Source: Diplonema japonicum (Eukaryota; Protista; Euglenozoa: Diplonemea). From it: 64,000 nt of DNA. Where the stretch lies: NCBI GenBank assembly GCA_964019335.1, contig OZ025677.1, forward strand, positions 62,001 to 126,000. The letters run 5' to 3'. Under the pieces are notes generated by a model. That model made no database searches, was not told the origin of the DNA, and saw only the letters and a program-made list of their open reading frames with translations. Shown here piece after piece: positions 43,076 to 54,774 of this stretch. Positions within the stretch are counted from its first letter, which is position 1. Each line of letters starts with the position of its first letter. The position numbers and the translations under genes are program-made.

Positions 43076-43326
43076 GCTGCCAGCAATCCTGTAAGAAAAA
43101 AGAATATAGAGAGTTTAAAAGTATGCTCAGCGCAAAGAAGAAGAAAAAGAAAAAAAAAGGCTGTGTGGAAGTAAAGTAAGGAAAATATAAATATAAATAA
43201 AAGGCGAGAATTTAAAAGGAAAAAGAAAAAGGCTGTCTGATACTCCATAAGTATGCCCCCCCCCTTCAATATCTCTATCTCATGGCTCCTGCCATTGCTG
43301 CACCAGCATGAAAGCGCCAAAAAAAA

Positions 43327-43790
43327 CTCAAAGTACAGGACAAGCCCCCCGCTAGAGCTATGCTGGCATGGAAACGCGTTTCCATGCATTTTTTGAAAAA
43401 AAGGGAAACGGAAACGGAAACGGAAACGTTTCCTTATGTTTCCTTAAGAAGGAAGCCGTTTCCATAAGAATTTTGAAAGTATGGAAACGGAAACGTTTCC
43501 ACGTTTCCTGCCAGCATAGCGCTAGAGGGCCGCCCTATGGGAGGGGGGGGGGGGGGGGGGGGGGGGGGTCTATCTGCTAATACTCAAAACATTGCTTTCC
43601 TCCCGATCGAGGCCGTGAGCGTCTTGCGGAGCGGGTGATGCGGTCCCGCTTGTAGGCGGCTTTCAATTCCATCAGTTTGTCGTGCGTGGGGTGGGTCGCG
43701 AAAATAGGCCTCCTGTAGAAGCCGATAGCTGCCTTACCTCCAATGGTGATGAGGGACTTCACTCTTTTCTTCCGCTGGGAAGGGGCGTCG
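43327..43790 (-). mobile_element. very short 3' fragment of the non-LTR retrotransposon, poly(T)-tailed, interrupted by a MITE
   Basis: KRVKSLITIGGKAAIGFYRRPIFA...KAAYKRDRITR. The 3' UTR ...CTTGTCCTGTACTTTGAG(T)n matches 59305-59360. Confidence 0.88.
43358..43519. mobile_element. MITE (162 bp) inserted in the retrotransposon 3' UTR
   Basis: TIR CTATGCTGGCA(T)GGAAACG / CGTTTCCTGCCAGCATAG. TSD CGCTAGAG (8 bp, or 6-bp GCTAGA if the TIR is extended by 1). Empty site seen at ~59328-59335. Internal GGAAAC repeats. Confidence 0.9.
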
Positions 43791-44009
43791 CTAAAAACAG
43801 CTAAAAAAAAAAAACGTATTGCTAAAAAAAAAAAAAAACTTCGATCGAAGTTAGCATGTTCTCCCTCCCCAGAAAGAAAATAAAGAAAAAGAGGGGAGTA
43901 AAAAAACACTTTGCGGTTTCATCCTACTCTAACGACGAACCTTCGTCATGAAAGCTTCTTCAGTCTCTCTGTTGAACCATCAAAAAAAAAAAAGAGGAAT
44001 TACAATATT

Positions 44010-45707
44010 CTACGGTTCCATAACTGGGTACACAGGGTCGATGTCTTCCTCCAAGAAGGTGATGAATTGGTCGAAGGGCTTAATCCCGTCCTGCTCCTCG
44101 TACCCATAAGGGTCGTGCAAGCGTATCCATCTGCCAGAATAAGGGACTTTATGCCAGGAGCTGTGCAGATCCCAATCGCGGAAACTCTCTGCCCGGTTGG
44201 GCCCGAGGACCTTGAGGCTGGGGAGGCACCCAACGGTGTTCAGAATCGCATCATAATGCCGTTGCAAATCCGTACTACACAAGGTAAGCCTCGTCAGTTC
44301 AGTCATTGTTTGAATGACAGGAAGGACAGTAGCAGGGTCGCCCATACTGCTGCACAACGACAAGCTACGCAGCTTCCTAGCATTAACAGAGGAAAACACG
44401 TGAAGCAACTGCTCTGGAGTGCAGGAGATGTAAAGACCGGTTAAGTTCGGCATCAACGTGAAGAGCTTAGCGAGCTGTTCTGGTGCGACCTTGTCGCTCT
44501 CGAACTGCGCGCCTTGTATCAGGTCGGACCCAAAGAACACGTTTGTCAGACACGGGAACAACTGCCCCTCTTCTCTTTCAACAATCTCGTAGAACTCCTC
44601 CAGTTCCGAGTCCGCCAACTGCGACGCGAGGTTTAGGTACTGTAGGTTCGGAAGCTTTGCGATGCCATGCAGCATCGAGGAGTCCACAGCACCGATGCAC
44701 AATTGCCGTAGCTCCACACATGCTGGGATGATGGACGCGAACTCAGGCTGTTTCACCTCCGACAGGGAGAGGTAGCGCAGCCTCGGCGCGATCTTACCCA
44801 AGCATCTCAAGAAGTTCGGAGGGTATCTATTGTACCCGTTGGCCATGATCTGAGTGACGTTAGAGTTAACAACATCACCCCAGTCGATGAAGGTGTCCAA
44901 CTGATGCATCGCGCAAACCCCCAGAAACTTCAACTTCGGAAGCCTTGTGATGTCGACTTGCAATGGCAAGGCGTGGTGCGGGTACCCTATCTGAAGCTCC
45001 TCCAGCACAGGGCTTGCGATGACTGGGGGAAGCTGTGCAACGCCGTTGAGCCTTAACGAGAAACAGCCGATCCTTGTTAGTGTGCCAGAACAGTCGGAGA
45101 CGAGCTTTGAGAACGCGTACCCCGACCCTCTGGTCCCCGACAATGCTACCTTCCGGAGCTTTTTCAGTTTCCCGAGAGCCTCCATCACATCGTCGTCAAC
45201 ATTCTTCTGCCCACGGAAGTCCAGGATCTCGAGGTTTTTGCATTTTGTAATGAGTTCTAAGAGAACGGACTTGCTTATAAAACCCCTCCCGCTTCCCGTG
45301 TCCCACAGACTGATTTGTCTCAAGGTTTTTTCGGACCGGTCGGCAACAAGCTGCACGACCTCATCGCCGACTTCCTTGCAGTGCTGTATGTTGAACACTT
45401 CCAATGAGCGGCACTCACCTAGGTTTTGCAAGATGGCCTGGGAAATCCCGTCCATGCTGTGGCCGTGTAGGTTCAGAGAACGTACGTGTGTGCAGTTTTC
45501 GCGAATCCAGGCGAGGACACCCAAAACTACTTCTGGTGAGGTGTTGCACATGTTGATGGACCGCGGTAGGGACCTCTTCAGAACGCCCCAGAACCTTCGG
45601 TGGGTCTTCAGGTATTGCAACCGTTCATAGAAGGTGAGGTGCACCGCGACCAGCAGGACAGCATCGTCGCACAACCTCAAAAGCGGCGCGCTTTGCCGTT
45701 TCGACAT
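44010..45707 (-). CDS. F-box/leucine-rich-repeat protein
   Basis: N-terminal LLRLCDDAVLLVAVHL...L..THRRFW (F-box-like) followed by LxxLxL repeats of the RNI/AMN1 type. Confidence 0.8.
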   Translation of the reverse strand: MSKRQSAPLLRLCDDAVLLVAVHLTFYERLQYLKTHRRFWGVLKRSLPRSINMCNTSPEVVLGVLAWIRENCTHVRSLNLHGHSMDGISQAILQNLGECRSLEVFNIQHCKEVGDEVVQLVADRSEKTLRQISLWDTGSGRGFISKSVLLELITKCKNLEILDFRGQKNVDDDVMEALGKLKKLRKVALSGTRGSGYAFSKLVSDCSGTLTRIGCFSLRLNGVAQLPPVIASPVLEELQIGYPHHALPLQVDITRLPKLKFLGVCAMHQLDTFIDWGDVVNSNVTQIMANGYNRYPPNFLRCLGKIAPRLRYLSLSEVKQPEFASIIPACVELRQLCIGAVDSSMLHGIAKLPNLQYLNLASQLADSELEEFYEIVEREEGQLFPCLTNVFFGSDLIQGAQFESDKVAPEQLAKLFTLMPNLTGLYISCTPEQLLHVFSSVNARKLRSLSLCSSMGDPATVLPVIQTMTELTRLTLCSTDLQRHYDAILNTVGCLPSLKVLGPNRAESFRDWDLHSSWHKVPYSGRWIRLHDPYGYEEQDGIKPFDQFITFLEEDIDPVYPVMEP

Positions 45708-45854
45708 TTTATTATACTTCTTAAATTTTCTTGGAAACACCCCTCACCCTCCTTTCGGTATCGGCGGTGAAAAGTGTTGAAGCTTCGCGTGACCCTGTCA
45801 AGAGAGTAACTTGACGACGGTCTGCTTTTGGTTTGGCACATCGCAGAAAAAAAA

Positions 45855-46633
45855 GGCGATGTTTAAGGGCAAATCCCACTCGAGGACCACCCTTAGGGGG
45901 GGTGGGGGTCTATCTCTTGATGCTTCCTTTTTGGAGCCTCGCTTTCTTTCCGATGGCGGATACCAGTGTCTTTCGCAGACGGTTGATGCGGTCCTTCTTC
46001 AGGTTGGTCTTCAGCTCTCTTAGCCTGTCCTGGGTTTCTCGTGAGGCGAAGATCCGTCTCCTTGCAAAGCCTATCGCCGCCTTCCCTCCTATTGCCATGA
46101 GGGACTTCACTCTCGTTTTGTTCTTCGCCGGGAAAGGCTTTTTCCTTCCTTGTAATGCGCACCTGTCGTTCACCTTTTGGATCAGTTTCTTAATCCTTCG
46201 CGCCTTTTCTTCCTGCGTCATTCCCAGCGATCTTCGTGTCGTCGCTTCGAAGTCTAGGGCTAACTCCACCGCCGTCACCTCCGACGTCGTGTCTTCTTTA
46301 ACCCATCTTAGCTCCGACATCCATTTCAACAGCGACTCCGCGTACATCCGCAGTATCCCACTTGTCGTCCCGAGCTGTTCCAACGTCGGCGTCAAGTGCT
46401 TTACTCCTACCACTTTCCGTTCCCACGGCAGTTCTCCTCCAAAATCCTCCACTTGGATCAGTTCTTCATCACGTTTTGCTACTATCATCGCCAGGTACCT
46501 CTGCAACCTCTCCAGGTGTGCAAATCCGTGCCCCCTCGGCAAGATCCCGTGCAGTTCCAGGCAGAGAGGCCAGCCCGACCTGTCGCGTAGCGGTTCAACC
46601 CGTCCCTCGCCAGCTCTTCCTGCGCAAGTGGGG
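45855..46633 (-). mobile_element. 5'-truncated non-LTR retrotransposon, poly(T)-tailed
   Basis: EPLRDRSGWPLCLELHGILPRGHGFAHLERLQRYLA...VTAVELALDFE...QKGSIKR*; ~55-nt 3' UTR then T8 on the sense strand. Confidence 0.9.
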
Positions 46634-46682
<49 letters not shown>

Positions 46683-46685
<3 letters not shown>

Positions 46686-46816
46686 CTTTATGACTATATG
46701 TCTTTGTTGTTCGCACGAGCAAAAAAGGTTTTTTAAAAAGCTGCGAAAGTTTTTTGCTCGACACAAGTTACATGTAGTTATAAAATCATTTTTTGAAAGA
46801 TAAATATTTGTAACAA
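46683..46816. repeat. variant C short element (uninterrupted)
   Basis: TTGTTGTTCGCACGAGCAAAAAAGG...AAAGCTGCGAAAGTTTTTTGCTCGACACAAG...AATCATTTTTTGAAAGA. Confidence 0.8.
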
Positions 46817-46910
46817 AAAGAGGCACTGTAGGGGGGGGGGGGGGGGGGGGGGAATACAGCAATTAAGGTGAGGGTAATATGTATCTGTAAAGATATTTAT
46901 TTCCCCTTCC

Positions 46911-47897
46911 TCACACCTCCTCGTTGTCCTCATCGCAAGTGTCAGGGGACTTCACGGAGATTTCGGAGACGACAGAGTGCCGCTCAGGGGCGAGCCTCCT
47001 GAAAGCTGGGATGAGGACGATGAGGAGGATGGCAATGGTCACGGCACACCAGATCAAAGGGAGCATCACCCACTGCTTGGCCACGTCGTCTTTTATCTTG
47101 TCGACAATCAGCTGCGTCTCGTAGCGTGAGTAACTGTCGAACTCAAAGAGGTGCTCATTCTTGTCGACACCCAGACCCCAAGGTATTGCGCCGAAGATAG
47201 AACTTTCGACTTCAAAAGAAGCACGAAGCTTTGAGATGGTGATCCCTGGCGCGTGGGGCCTGTTGAAACCGCATTTTTCCATTGTTGCCGGAACCTTCAC
47301 AACGCAATAAGCGTAGACCTTTGGATTGAATTTGCACCCCTTGACTGGGCCCGTGTACACAATGGGAGCGAATAGATAGGACCATCCCCACTTCTGTGTC
47401 TCAAATCGATTGCCCATGTCCACCTTCCAATCGTAATCCATCAACTTGTAGTATGTTACGTTACGCTGTATTGTGAGCCGGAAGGGGTTTGGTGACAGGT
47501 GGCATCCTCGAAAGTCCTCACCTCCTGAGGCCAGGCCGTTCTCCGCCAGCTCCAGCTTCCGCCACGATTTGTTCGGTTCGACAAACCCAGTGCTTGCAAT
47601 CGTACCCCACAACGCAAGGCTCAACACCATTGTTAAGAACGTCCCGGGGAGCCACTTTGATTTGTGCACGACTTGGAACACGATGCATCCTATTGCATGT
47701 ACCAACCCCCACCCAAAGCCCCCCAGCCAGTTGTAAAGCTGTATTGAAGTATGATAAGCCGAAGGGTCGTATGACGTCTCCAACGGAGTGGTTCTACCCA
47801 AGGCCTCCTCTATGGGGATGTGGATAATGACAAACACCGTGGCGACAACCCAAGCTCCGACCGGGTACAAGATATACCACCTTACTACTTCCGACAT
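46911..47897 (-). CDS. multi-pass membrane protein of unknown function (paralog 1)
   Basis: Three N-terminal hydrophobic helices, a Cys-containing loop and a C-terminal TM; strongly similar to 48280-49344. The start is uncertain. Confidence 0.88.
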   Translation of the reverse strand: MSEVVRWYILYPVGAWVVATVFVIIHIPIEEALGRTTPLETSYDPSAYHTSIQLYNWLGGFGWGLVHAIGCIVFQVVHKSKWLPGTFLTMVLSLALWGTIASTGFVEPNKSWRKLELAENGLASGGEDFRGCHLSPNPFRLTIQRNVTYYKLMDYDWKVDMGNRFETQKWGWSYLFAPIVYTGPVKGCKFNPKVYAYCVVKVPATMEKCGFNRPHAPGITISKLRASFEVESSIFGAIPWGLGVDKNEHLFEFDSYSRYETQLIVDKIKDDVAKQWVMLPLIWCAVTIAILLIVLIPAFRRLAPERHSVVSEISVKSPDTCDEDNEEV

Positions 47898-48279
47898 TTC
47901 CCCCCCCCCCTTTTTTTCTCTTTTTGCGGCCCCATAGATCGCAGGGCGTGCACCCTCGTGCACCCTCGACCTTAACATTAGCTCTCAAAGAGGAACATCG
48001 GGATGCCCATTCTCTGTCTTTCTTGTGATGGTCATGACAGTAGTGACCTTCGGCGAGGAGAAATTCCACAGAATGGGTTGTTTCATTGAAACCAGGTGGC
48101 AAGGTGGTATGCCAGTGTTCCCCTAAAGAGTCTCGGAAGCACGGCAGGAATAATATAAAAAAAAGAAAAACAAGGCTAATATCGCTCATATGCTAATGTT
48201 GCAGAAAAGCCAAGAGACAGGCGGCGGGGGAGAGCGGAGGGAGGGGGGGAGATATTCTGTAAAGATATCTTTCCCCTCT

Positions 48280-49344
48280 CTATTTTTCAGCAGGAAACGC
48301 GTAATCCTCCATACTGTGCATGGTGTCGTGCACCGCACCGTCATCGTTGTCGCGATCGCTAAGATCCGTGGCTTTCACGGATATTTTAGAGTTAGCAACA
48401 GGGATTGTGATCCGTTCCGGGGAGATCTTAATCATGGCAGGGACGAGGGCGATGAGGAGTAAGATCATGGTCACGATGCCCCAGACAGAAGGGAGTGTGG
48501 ACCACTGTTTGACCGCGTCATCCTTTATCTTCTCAACGATAAGCGTGTTCTCATACCGTGTGTAGCTGTCGAACTCAAAGAGCTGTTCCTTCTTGTCTCC
48601 TTGCACCGTCGTGTTCCAAGGTACAGAATTGAACACAACTGTTTCGACTTCAGCTGACGCACGCAGCTTTGAGATGGTGAGCCCCGGTGTGTTCCGGTTG
48701 AACCCGCATTTCTCCATTGTTGCCGGAGACTTCACAATGCAGTACGCGTAGATTGCTGGTTCGAATTTACAATCTTCGACGGGCCCCGTGTACACAATGG
48801 GAGCGGTCACATAGGACCACCCCCATGAGCTTTTCTCTGTTTTGTTATCCATGTTAACTGTCCATTCCCTGTCCATCAGTATGTACCAGGATATGTTTGG
48901 TTCAATTGTGAGGCGTAAAGGGTTTGGTGACAGGTGGCATCCTCGAAAGTCCTCACCTCCTGAGGCCAGGCCGTCCTCCGCCCGCTCAAGCTTCCGCCAC
49001 GATTTGTTCGGTTCGACAAACCCAGTGCTTGCAATCGTACCCCACAGCGCAAAGCTCAACACCGGTGTTAAGAACGTCCCGGGGAGCCAGTCTGTGTTGT
49101 GCACGACTTGGAATACAATGCACACTAGCAAATGTAAAGATGCCCACCCAAAGCCTCCCAGCCAGTTGTACAGCTGCAACATAGTGTTATAAGACGACGG
49201 GTCAAGGCTTGTCTCCAATGGGAGGCTTCTACCCAAGGCCTCCTCTATGGGGATGTGGATAATGACAAACACCGTGGCGATGGCCCACACCACGACCGGG
49301 TACAAGAAATACCACTTCAGTAGTTCTCCATCATTATAATCCAT
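48280..49344 (-). CDS. multi-pass membrane protein of unknown function (paralog 2)
   Basis: Tandem paralog of 46911-47897; likely start MDYNDG at 49344. Confidence 0.88.
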   Translation of the reverse strand: MDYNDGELLKWYFLYPVVVWAIATVFVIIHIPIEEALGRSLPLETSLDPSSYNTMLQLYNWLGGFGWASLHLLVCIVFQVVHNTDWLPGTFLTPVLSFALWGTIASTGFVEPNKSWRKLERAEDGLASGGEDFRGCHLSPNPLRLTIEPNISWYILMDREWTVNMDNKTEKSSWGWSYVTAPIVYTGPVEDCKFEPAIYAYCIVKSPATMEKCGFNRNTPGLTISKLRASAEVETVVFNSVPWNTTVQGDKKEQLFEFDSYTRYENTLIVEKIKDDAVKQWSTLPSVWGIVTMILLLIALVPAMIKISPERITIPVANSKISVKATDLSDRDNDDGAVHDTMHSMEDYAFPAEK

Positions 49345-49561
49345 TTCTCCCTCTCCCTCTCCCTCTTTTGAACCTGAAAAACACGCCGGGATAACTAATG
49401 GTAGAAACGGGTGGGTCGTCAAAAAAAAAAAAAAAAAAAAAAAAAAACAAATATAAAAATAGAAATATAAAACAAAGGGAAAAAAAGAAAAAAAAAATAC
49501 ACTTTTTTTTCTTTTTCTTTTTCTTTTTTTTTTTTTTTCCTTTTAAAGTCCCTCTTTCTTG

Positions 49562-50862
49562 TTATGGTGCGACACCGGTGGGGCATTCTGGTTCTGTGAA
49601 CTTGAGGCATATGGACAGCCCCGCTACAATGATCTCCACGGCGATGAGCCATATTACGATCCACTCAAGGCGATCGGAGTGTTTTTGCTTCTGCTGCTCA
49701 TGCAGCATGTCGAAAAGCTCCGCCACAACGCCTAGCCGTTCATTCAAGATGCGAACCCTGCGCGACACCTCAAAATATTTCCTCGCGTTGATGTAGAGCG
49801 GCTCTAAATCCGTGCGCTCCCAGAAGAAGTCTGGCGTGTCCAACAGGTCAGTGTGAAGTATGATGTTCATCCTGTGCAAAAACAACTGTCCTTTCGTCCG
49901 AGCGATCTCCTTCCCGGTGAGGTGAACCTCACCTGTTGTCGCAAGCTCTTCGGGGTACTTACTAGTTGCTGTAATCTGTTCATCGATGCTGGATTCAAAA
50001 TGCGATAATTTCTCACTTTGCGCGATTGCAAAACTGTACGCTAGCTTAAGATCAGCCTCGGCGGACGACAGATAGAAATGATCGCGGTCCAGATAACTGT
50101 GCCTGACGTTAGCCTCCCGCTGTTTATTTCGAGGACGGTATTCAGATTCACTTGCAGAGGTGGTCACTGGGTACTCGGAGTGCTTGTTGTATGACCATGT
50201 GCAGTGCTCTCTGTCGTAGCTTGGGAAGATTCCTTGTGAGTCCGCAGCGGAAACTGAAATCACAACTTCCCAAAGATCAAGTTCATTAGGCCCCCAGTAA
50301 GCCGCCACACCATAAGCAAAGAAGAAAATATCGATGTCAGTGTCCCATTCATCGTCGTGGCGTAGAAGGGAAGCAGGGATGGAAATGTGAGCAACTGACG
50401 TATCAGCGGTGCATTCGGTGGTTCGGCATGTTCTGAAAACATTTTTAAAAGTGCTGCAGAGAGATGGGATGTTATAGCTTGTTGCCACACAAGCTGTGCA
50501 GGATACGAGATTGGCTTCTGCGTTGTCGAAAATTGGTGTTACAGTTTTGTCGTAGGACCTTTCTGGGTAAGGCCGTCTATTTGAGGGTTTTGTCCGCTTG
50601 CTTGTGAGGCCGGGTGATTCGTCGCCCCTTTCCATCAAGGTGGACTTCCCCACTATCAACGGGCCTTTGGCCGTTGCCTTCCTTCCCTTCCTTGCCGCCA
50701 CGAAGCCACCATGGTCACCTAGTGTTGTTCCATCTTCGCTTCCCACCGTCACCACCCCGTATGTAACTTTTCGAGATCTTTGTTTTTTACGCCTTTCTTT
50801 TTCGCTTGATGCGCAAGAGCCTTCGCTGCCCTCTCTTCCTTCATCTGAGCTTATGGGTTGCA

Positions 50863-50863
<1 letters not shown>
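49562..50863 (-). CDS. RMD1: RMD1/Sif2-family (DUF155) protein
   Basis: CTACVATSYN, DIFFFAYGVAAYW, KLAYSFAIAQSEKLSHFE, GQLFLHRMNIIL..DLLDTPDFFWE, RVRILNERL, LEWIVIWLIAVE. Confidence 0.9.
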
Positions 50864-50893
<30 letters not shown>

Positions 50894-51036
50894 TTTCTTT
50901 TTCTTTTTCCCTCCCTTCTCTGCGTGTTTTCTGTGGTGAGAACTCTTTTTTTTTTTTCGATCAAGAAGCAGGGTTAACCGATCACCCGCGGGTTTTTAAT
51001 TACAATCAGGTTTTAAATTGACGTCAAATGAAAGGC

Positions 51037-51670
51037 GAGCATGCAACCATGCTTAAAACCCTTATATTCGTATCCCGGGCCCCCCAGATACACAAAGCCG
51101 ACCCCAGGGAGCATCAAAACGACTTAGAAAAGGATTATTTTCCCGAAAAGCTGTTTTCCGCTTTTTTTAGCGGGTCTTTAATTAAAAGCGAAAAAACAAA
51201 AAAAATCGAAAATCAAAAATTAAAACAGGAGTCAGCCGACCCCAGGGAGCATCCAAATGACATAGAAAAGGATTATTTTCCCGAAAAGCTGGTGCTTCCC
51301 TGTTTCAGGCAGGGTCCTAATTGGGAGCGAAATCAAAAGTCAATAATTAAAACGGGAGGAGAGCATGCAACCATGCATATAATAACCCTTCTATTCGTCC
51401 CCCGGCCCCCCCAGATACACAAAGCCGACCCCATCAGGGAGCATCAAAACGACTTAGAAAAGGATTATTTTCCTGAAAAGCTGGGTTTTCCCTTTTTGGC
51501 GGTTTTTCTTCTTTTTTCTGTTTAAATAGGAGCGAAATCAAAAATCAATAATCAGAACGGGAGGAGAGCGTGCAACCATACTTATAACCCTTGTATTCGT
51601 CTCCCAGACCTCCCAGATACACAAAGCCTGCATCGAAACGACTTAGAAAAGGATTATTTTCCCGAAAATC
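51037..51670. repeat. four imperfect direct repeats inside the hAT element
   Basis: GACTTAGAAAAGGATTATTTTCCCGAAAA recurs at ~51121, 51258, 51451 and 51640, with shared GCATGCAACCAT / CCCAGATACACAAAGCC modules. Confidence 0.9.
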
Positions 51671-52273
51671 GGGATTTTCCCTGTTTTTGGCGGGTTTTTA
51701 ACTAGGCGCGTCAATTATGAAAAACAATGAAACTTGAACGGGAAGTGTAGCACAAGTGTTGCACAAAGTAAGGGGGGCGCCTAGCCATGGGACGCACGGA
51801 AGCGTGCCCGTTGAGGCAGGATGTTCACCCACAGAGAACTGAATGCACGCACACAGCGATGAACGCCCAATTTCTCACCTCCCTGCTTGCAACCCGGCGT
51901 GCCTGAGAACGTGGTGCCTGTCAGACGAAGACAGAGCACCACTGATGTCCTGGTTCAGGTACAAGAACAACAGCTGCCTTCGTACGTCTGGTGTGAGGCG
52001 GACGCGACGCATCTCTCCGAACTTGGCGTCGATCGAGGAGAACACCGCGTCCACGGCTGTTACCACAGGCTGCGCGTACAGCAGCGACAAGGCCCTGGCA
52101 TGCAAAACAGGGAGAGCAGCTTTCTGAGCCAGCCACCGCGCTTCGATATCGAATGAGGTCGTCTCAAGGCTGTGGTCCATTTGGGCTATGGCCGAGTAGG
52201 ACAGCCATTCCCCCTCTTACACGTCTTGCAGAGGTAGGCTGTCGCGTACCGTTGCGAAGCCGCGCTAGAAAAA

Positions 52274-52542
52274 CTAGTTGATGGCAGCGTAATGAGCTAT
52301 TTTTATTAGGTAAAATTCCGCTCGTGCGCATAAACAAACCCTGACCCGGTACATAATAACAAGTCTGAAAACCAGTTTTTTCAAAACTGCATTTAAAGCC
52401 TTAAATAAGGCTCTATTTTGGGTTTTGATAGCTGGAATGGGCTCAGATCGTCAAAATAGGGTTTCTGAAAAAAAAAAAAAAATTGAGCATGGCCTTGGTA
52501 TTTTTCCGCTCGTGCGCACAAACAAATGGAGCGCCAAACTAG
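52274..52542. repeat. variant A short element (inverted) split by a 165-bp insert with 23-bp core duplication
   Basis: TTCCGCTCGTGCGCA(T/C)AAACAAA at 52316-52338 and 52504-52526 flanks AT-rich 52339-52503. Confidence 0.85.
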
Positions 52543-53202
52543 TTTTTGCCAGAAATATGGGTTTTGGATCGATCAAACCGATCCAAAATTTAAAAAAAAC
52601 CCATCATTAACCCGACAGTGATCGAAAATCTAAAATTGCTCGGGTCGGGTTTTAAAACCCGAAGGTGATCGGTTAACCCTGGATACTATGAAGAAGGGGG
52701 GGGAAAAAAAAAATAATAAAATATATAGCTCCAAATTCTTTTTTTTTTTGACAATATAACAAGGGGGAAAAAAAAAAAGAAGAAAAAAAAAAACAAGAGA
52801 TTTCGAAGATACTGCCGCATCTGAAATTAAGTGGGAAAAGAGGGGAAAAAAAAAGAGACCTGAAAGATTTTGGGCGGAAAGAAGAAAAAAAGTCAAACCA
52901 AAAAAAAAAAAAAAAAAAAAAAAATTAGGGACAGGGAAAGTATAAAATATTGAGGGAGGCGAAAAAAAAAAAAGAAAATGGAGGGCCGGTATAAAAAGAA
53001 AAGCTTGGTTGGCAAAAATAATTTCAAGAATAACATAACTGAGGGTAGTGGCTATAGTTCCAGCTTCGTATTCTTGCCCTGCCAGGGCAGAAGTGAGGGG
53101 AGAGGAAGGGGGAATGGGAAGCCTTTCCCCTCCCTAAAAAAAATTCAGAAAATAGGGGATCAAGCAAAGGGGGGTAAAAGATGGCATTTTGTTAATACTT
53201 AA

Positions 53203-54668
53203 CCCTTATCCGCCCAACGACTATATATGAGTCGTTAATGGGGGTGTTCCCTGTGTCCATCCAAACCTGAGTCTTGGACCGGTTTCCATGAAAAAAAAAT
53301 GGAATGGAAAGATTTTGAAAATCTGCGTTAAATGCGCTATTTGTATCCTCTGAAACTTCATAGCTTCATCCCAGAACGGGGTACCGAGACGCTGGGTACC
53401 CAAAAATATGGGTATTTTCCTGATTTTCTCTTGACTTTTTCCCTATGAATTTGTTTTTGAGTCACTCGCAGGTCCTTATCAAAATCAACAAGCCAGCACA
53501 CAACGAACGTATTGGGGACAGCCCCCAGCCTCATTTAGGCTTTGTAGACCTGTTTGCCGGTGACTAGGCACCCGTATCTGATGAGGAGTCTGGTGAATCT
53601 CTATTTCTGACGAGGAGTATGATGAAGAGCAGGAAAAAAAGGAAGAGGAGGAGGAAGGGGAAGAAGCAGCCTCTATCAAGGGGGATTTGACCGACTATTG
53701 GTCGGAAATGTCGAAGAACCGGTTCAAAGTGATCCTGCGGTACCTGCACCTTGCCAATCCTGCTGCCAGAGAAACCGACAAGCTGCGTCTGATCCGCCCG
53801 TTCATCGATCTCGTGAAAGGGAAATGGGTGAAGGCTCTGACCCCTGAACAAAATTTGTCAGTGGACCACCCCTCCGTCAGTTTGTCCCGACGAACGTAAT
53901 CAATGGGGTGTTATTCAACGAAAGCAGCACGGGGTACTACCCCGACATGATGGTGGGTAGACACCACAGGGAAACACCAAAGACTGTTGTGGGAAGGCTC
54001 CTCTCCACATACGAGAACAAAGGTACGAAAACAAAGGTTATGATTTGTATATCGACAACTGGTATAGCGGTGTTCAGCTCTTCCACGAGTTGAAGGGCGT
54101 GGGGATACACTGCTGTGGAGCGATTTGCAAAAATAGGCGGGGTCTGCCCAATGTCAGTGCCATGGAAGCAGGTAGCGTGACATATCAGAACAACGCTGGC
54201 CTGGTCTACCTTGCTTGGTCGGACAGACGAGATGTGCACCTATCTACCTTACCTGTGGGCGAAGAGTTTGGGCAAGGTTTTGCGACATCCGATCAATGCA
54301 CCTCCATGGCTCGAAAACATTAAACATTTGGTGGAATGAACGCAGATTTTCAAGATCTTTGTTTTGAGGCAGATGTGCAAGGACAGCGGCAGAATAGCCA
54401 CAGGACAGGCCTGAAAGGGAAGATTTCTGAGTGCTGGTAAGGCTGAAATCACTGTTGTGGGGCCACCTACTCATGACCCCTGAACATTGGCTTCTTGTTG
54501 ATCGAAATCACAAAATCTTTAGTGGAATGAACGCAGATTTCAAATATCTTTCAAATGCGTACCTCGAACCGAAACATAACCCCAAGACTTCAGCATGTCC
54601 GACCCATGCCAACAAGGGACCGAAATCGGGAAAATCCAAAAATCAATTCCCCCCTGGGCTGATAAGGG
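53203..54668 (+). mobile_element. piggyBac transposon, internally deleted, transposase pseudogene
   Basis: TTAA TSD (53199-53202, 54669-54672). 14-bp TIR CCCTTATC(C/A)GCCCA. Motifs MSKNRFKVILRYLHL...DKLRLIRP...NLSVD, IDNWYSG..LF..L, NRRGLP, WSDRRDVHL. Confidence 0.95.
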
Positions 54669-54774
54669 TTAACAACCCCCTCTTTTTTTTTTTTTTAATT
54701 CGCTGGTTCTTACAAAAACAAAAATATTGATTAAGCAGGTTTTTAGTGGAAAAAAAAAAAAGGAAAAAAAAATA

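Larger units (their letters stand above)
50969..52681 (-). mobile_element. internally deleted hAT transposon
   Basis: 18-bp perfect TIR CAGGGTTAACCGATCACC / GGTGATCGGTTAACCCTG. ORF 51875-52180 resembles the hAT C-terminal dimerisation domain (W..QKAALPVLHARALSLL...VDAVFS...RRVRLTPD...LLFLYLN). The 8-bp TSD is not preserved. Confidence 0.85.

Noticed and set aside
43325-43345. CTGTACTTT in the retro 3' end resembles the euglenozoan spliced-leader 3' part
   Set aside because: Only a 9-nt match, no SL RNA gene context, and absent from the other subfamilies' 3' ends.
43845-43870. AAGTTAGCATG resembling U6 snRNA AAGATTAGCA
   Set aside because: No ACAGAG box or downstream U6 stem; chance similarity.
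51028-51525. 165-aa ORF with internal repeats
   Set aside because: Translation of non-coding direct repeats inside the hAT element.
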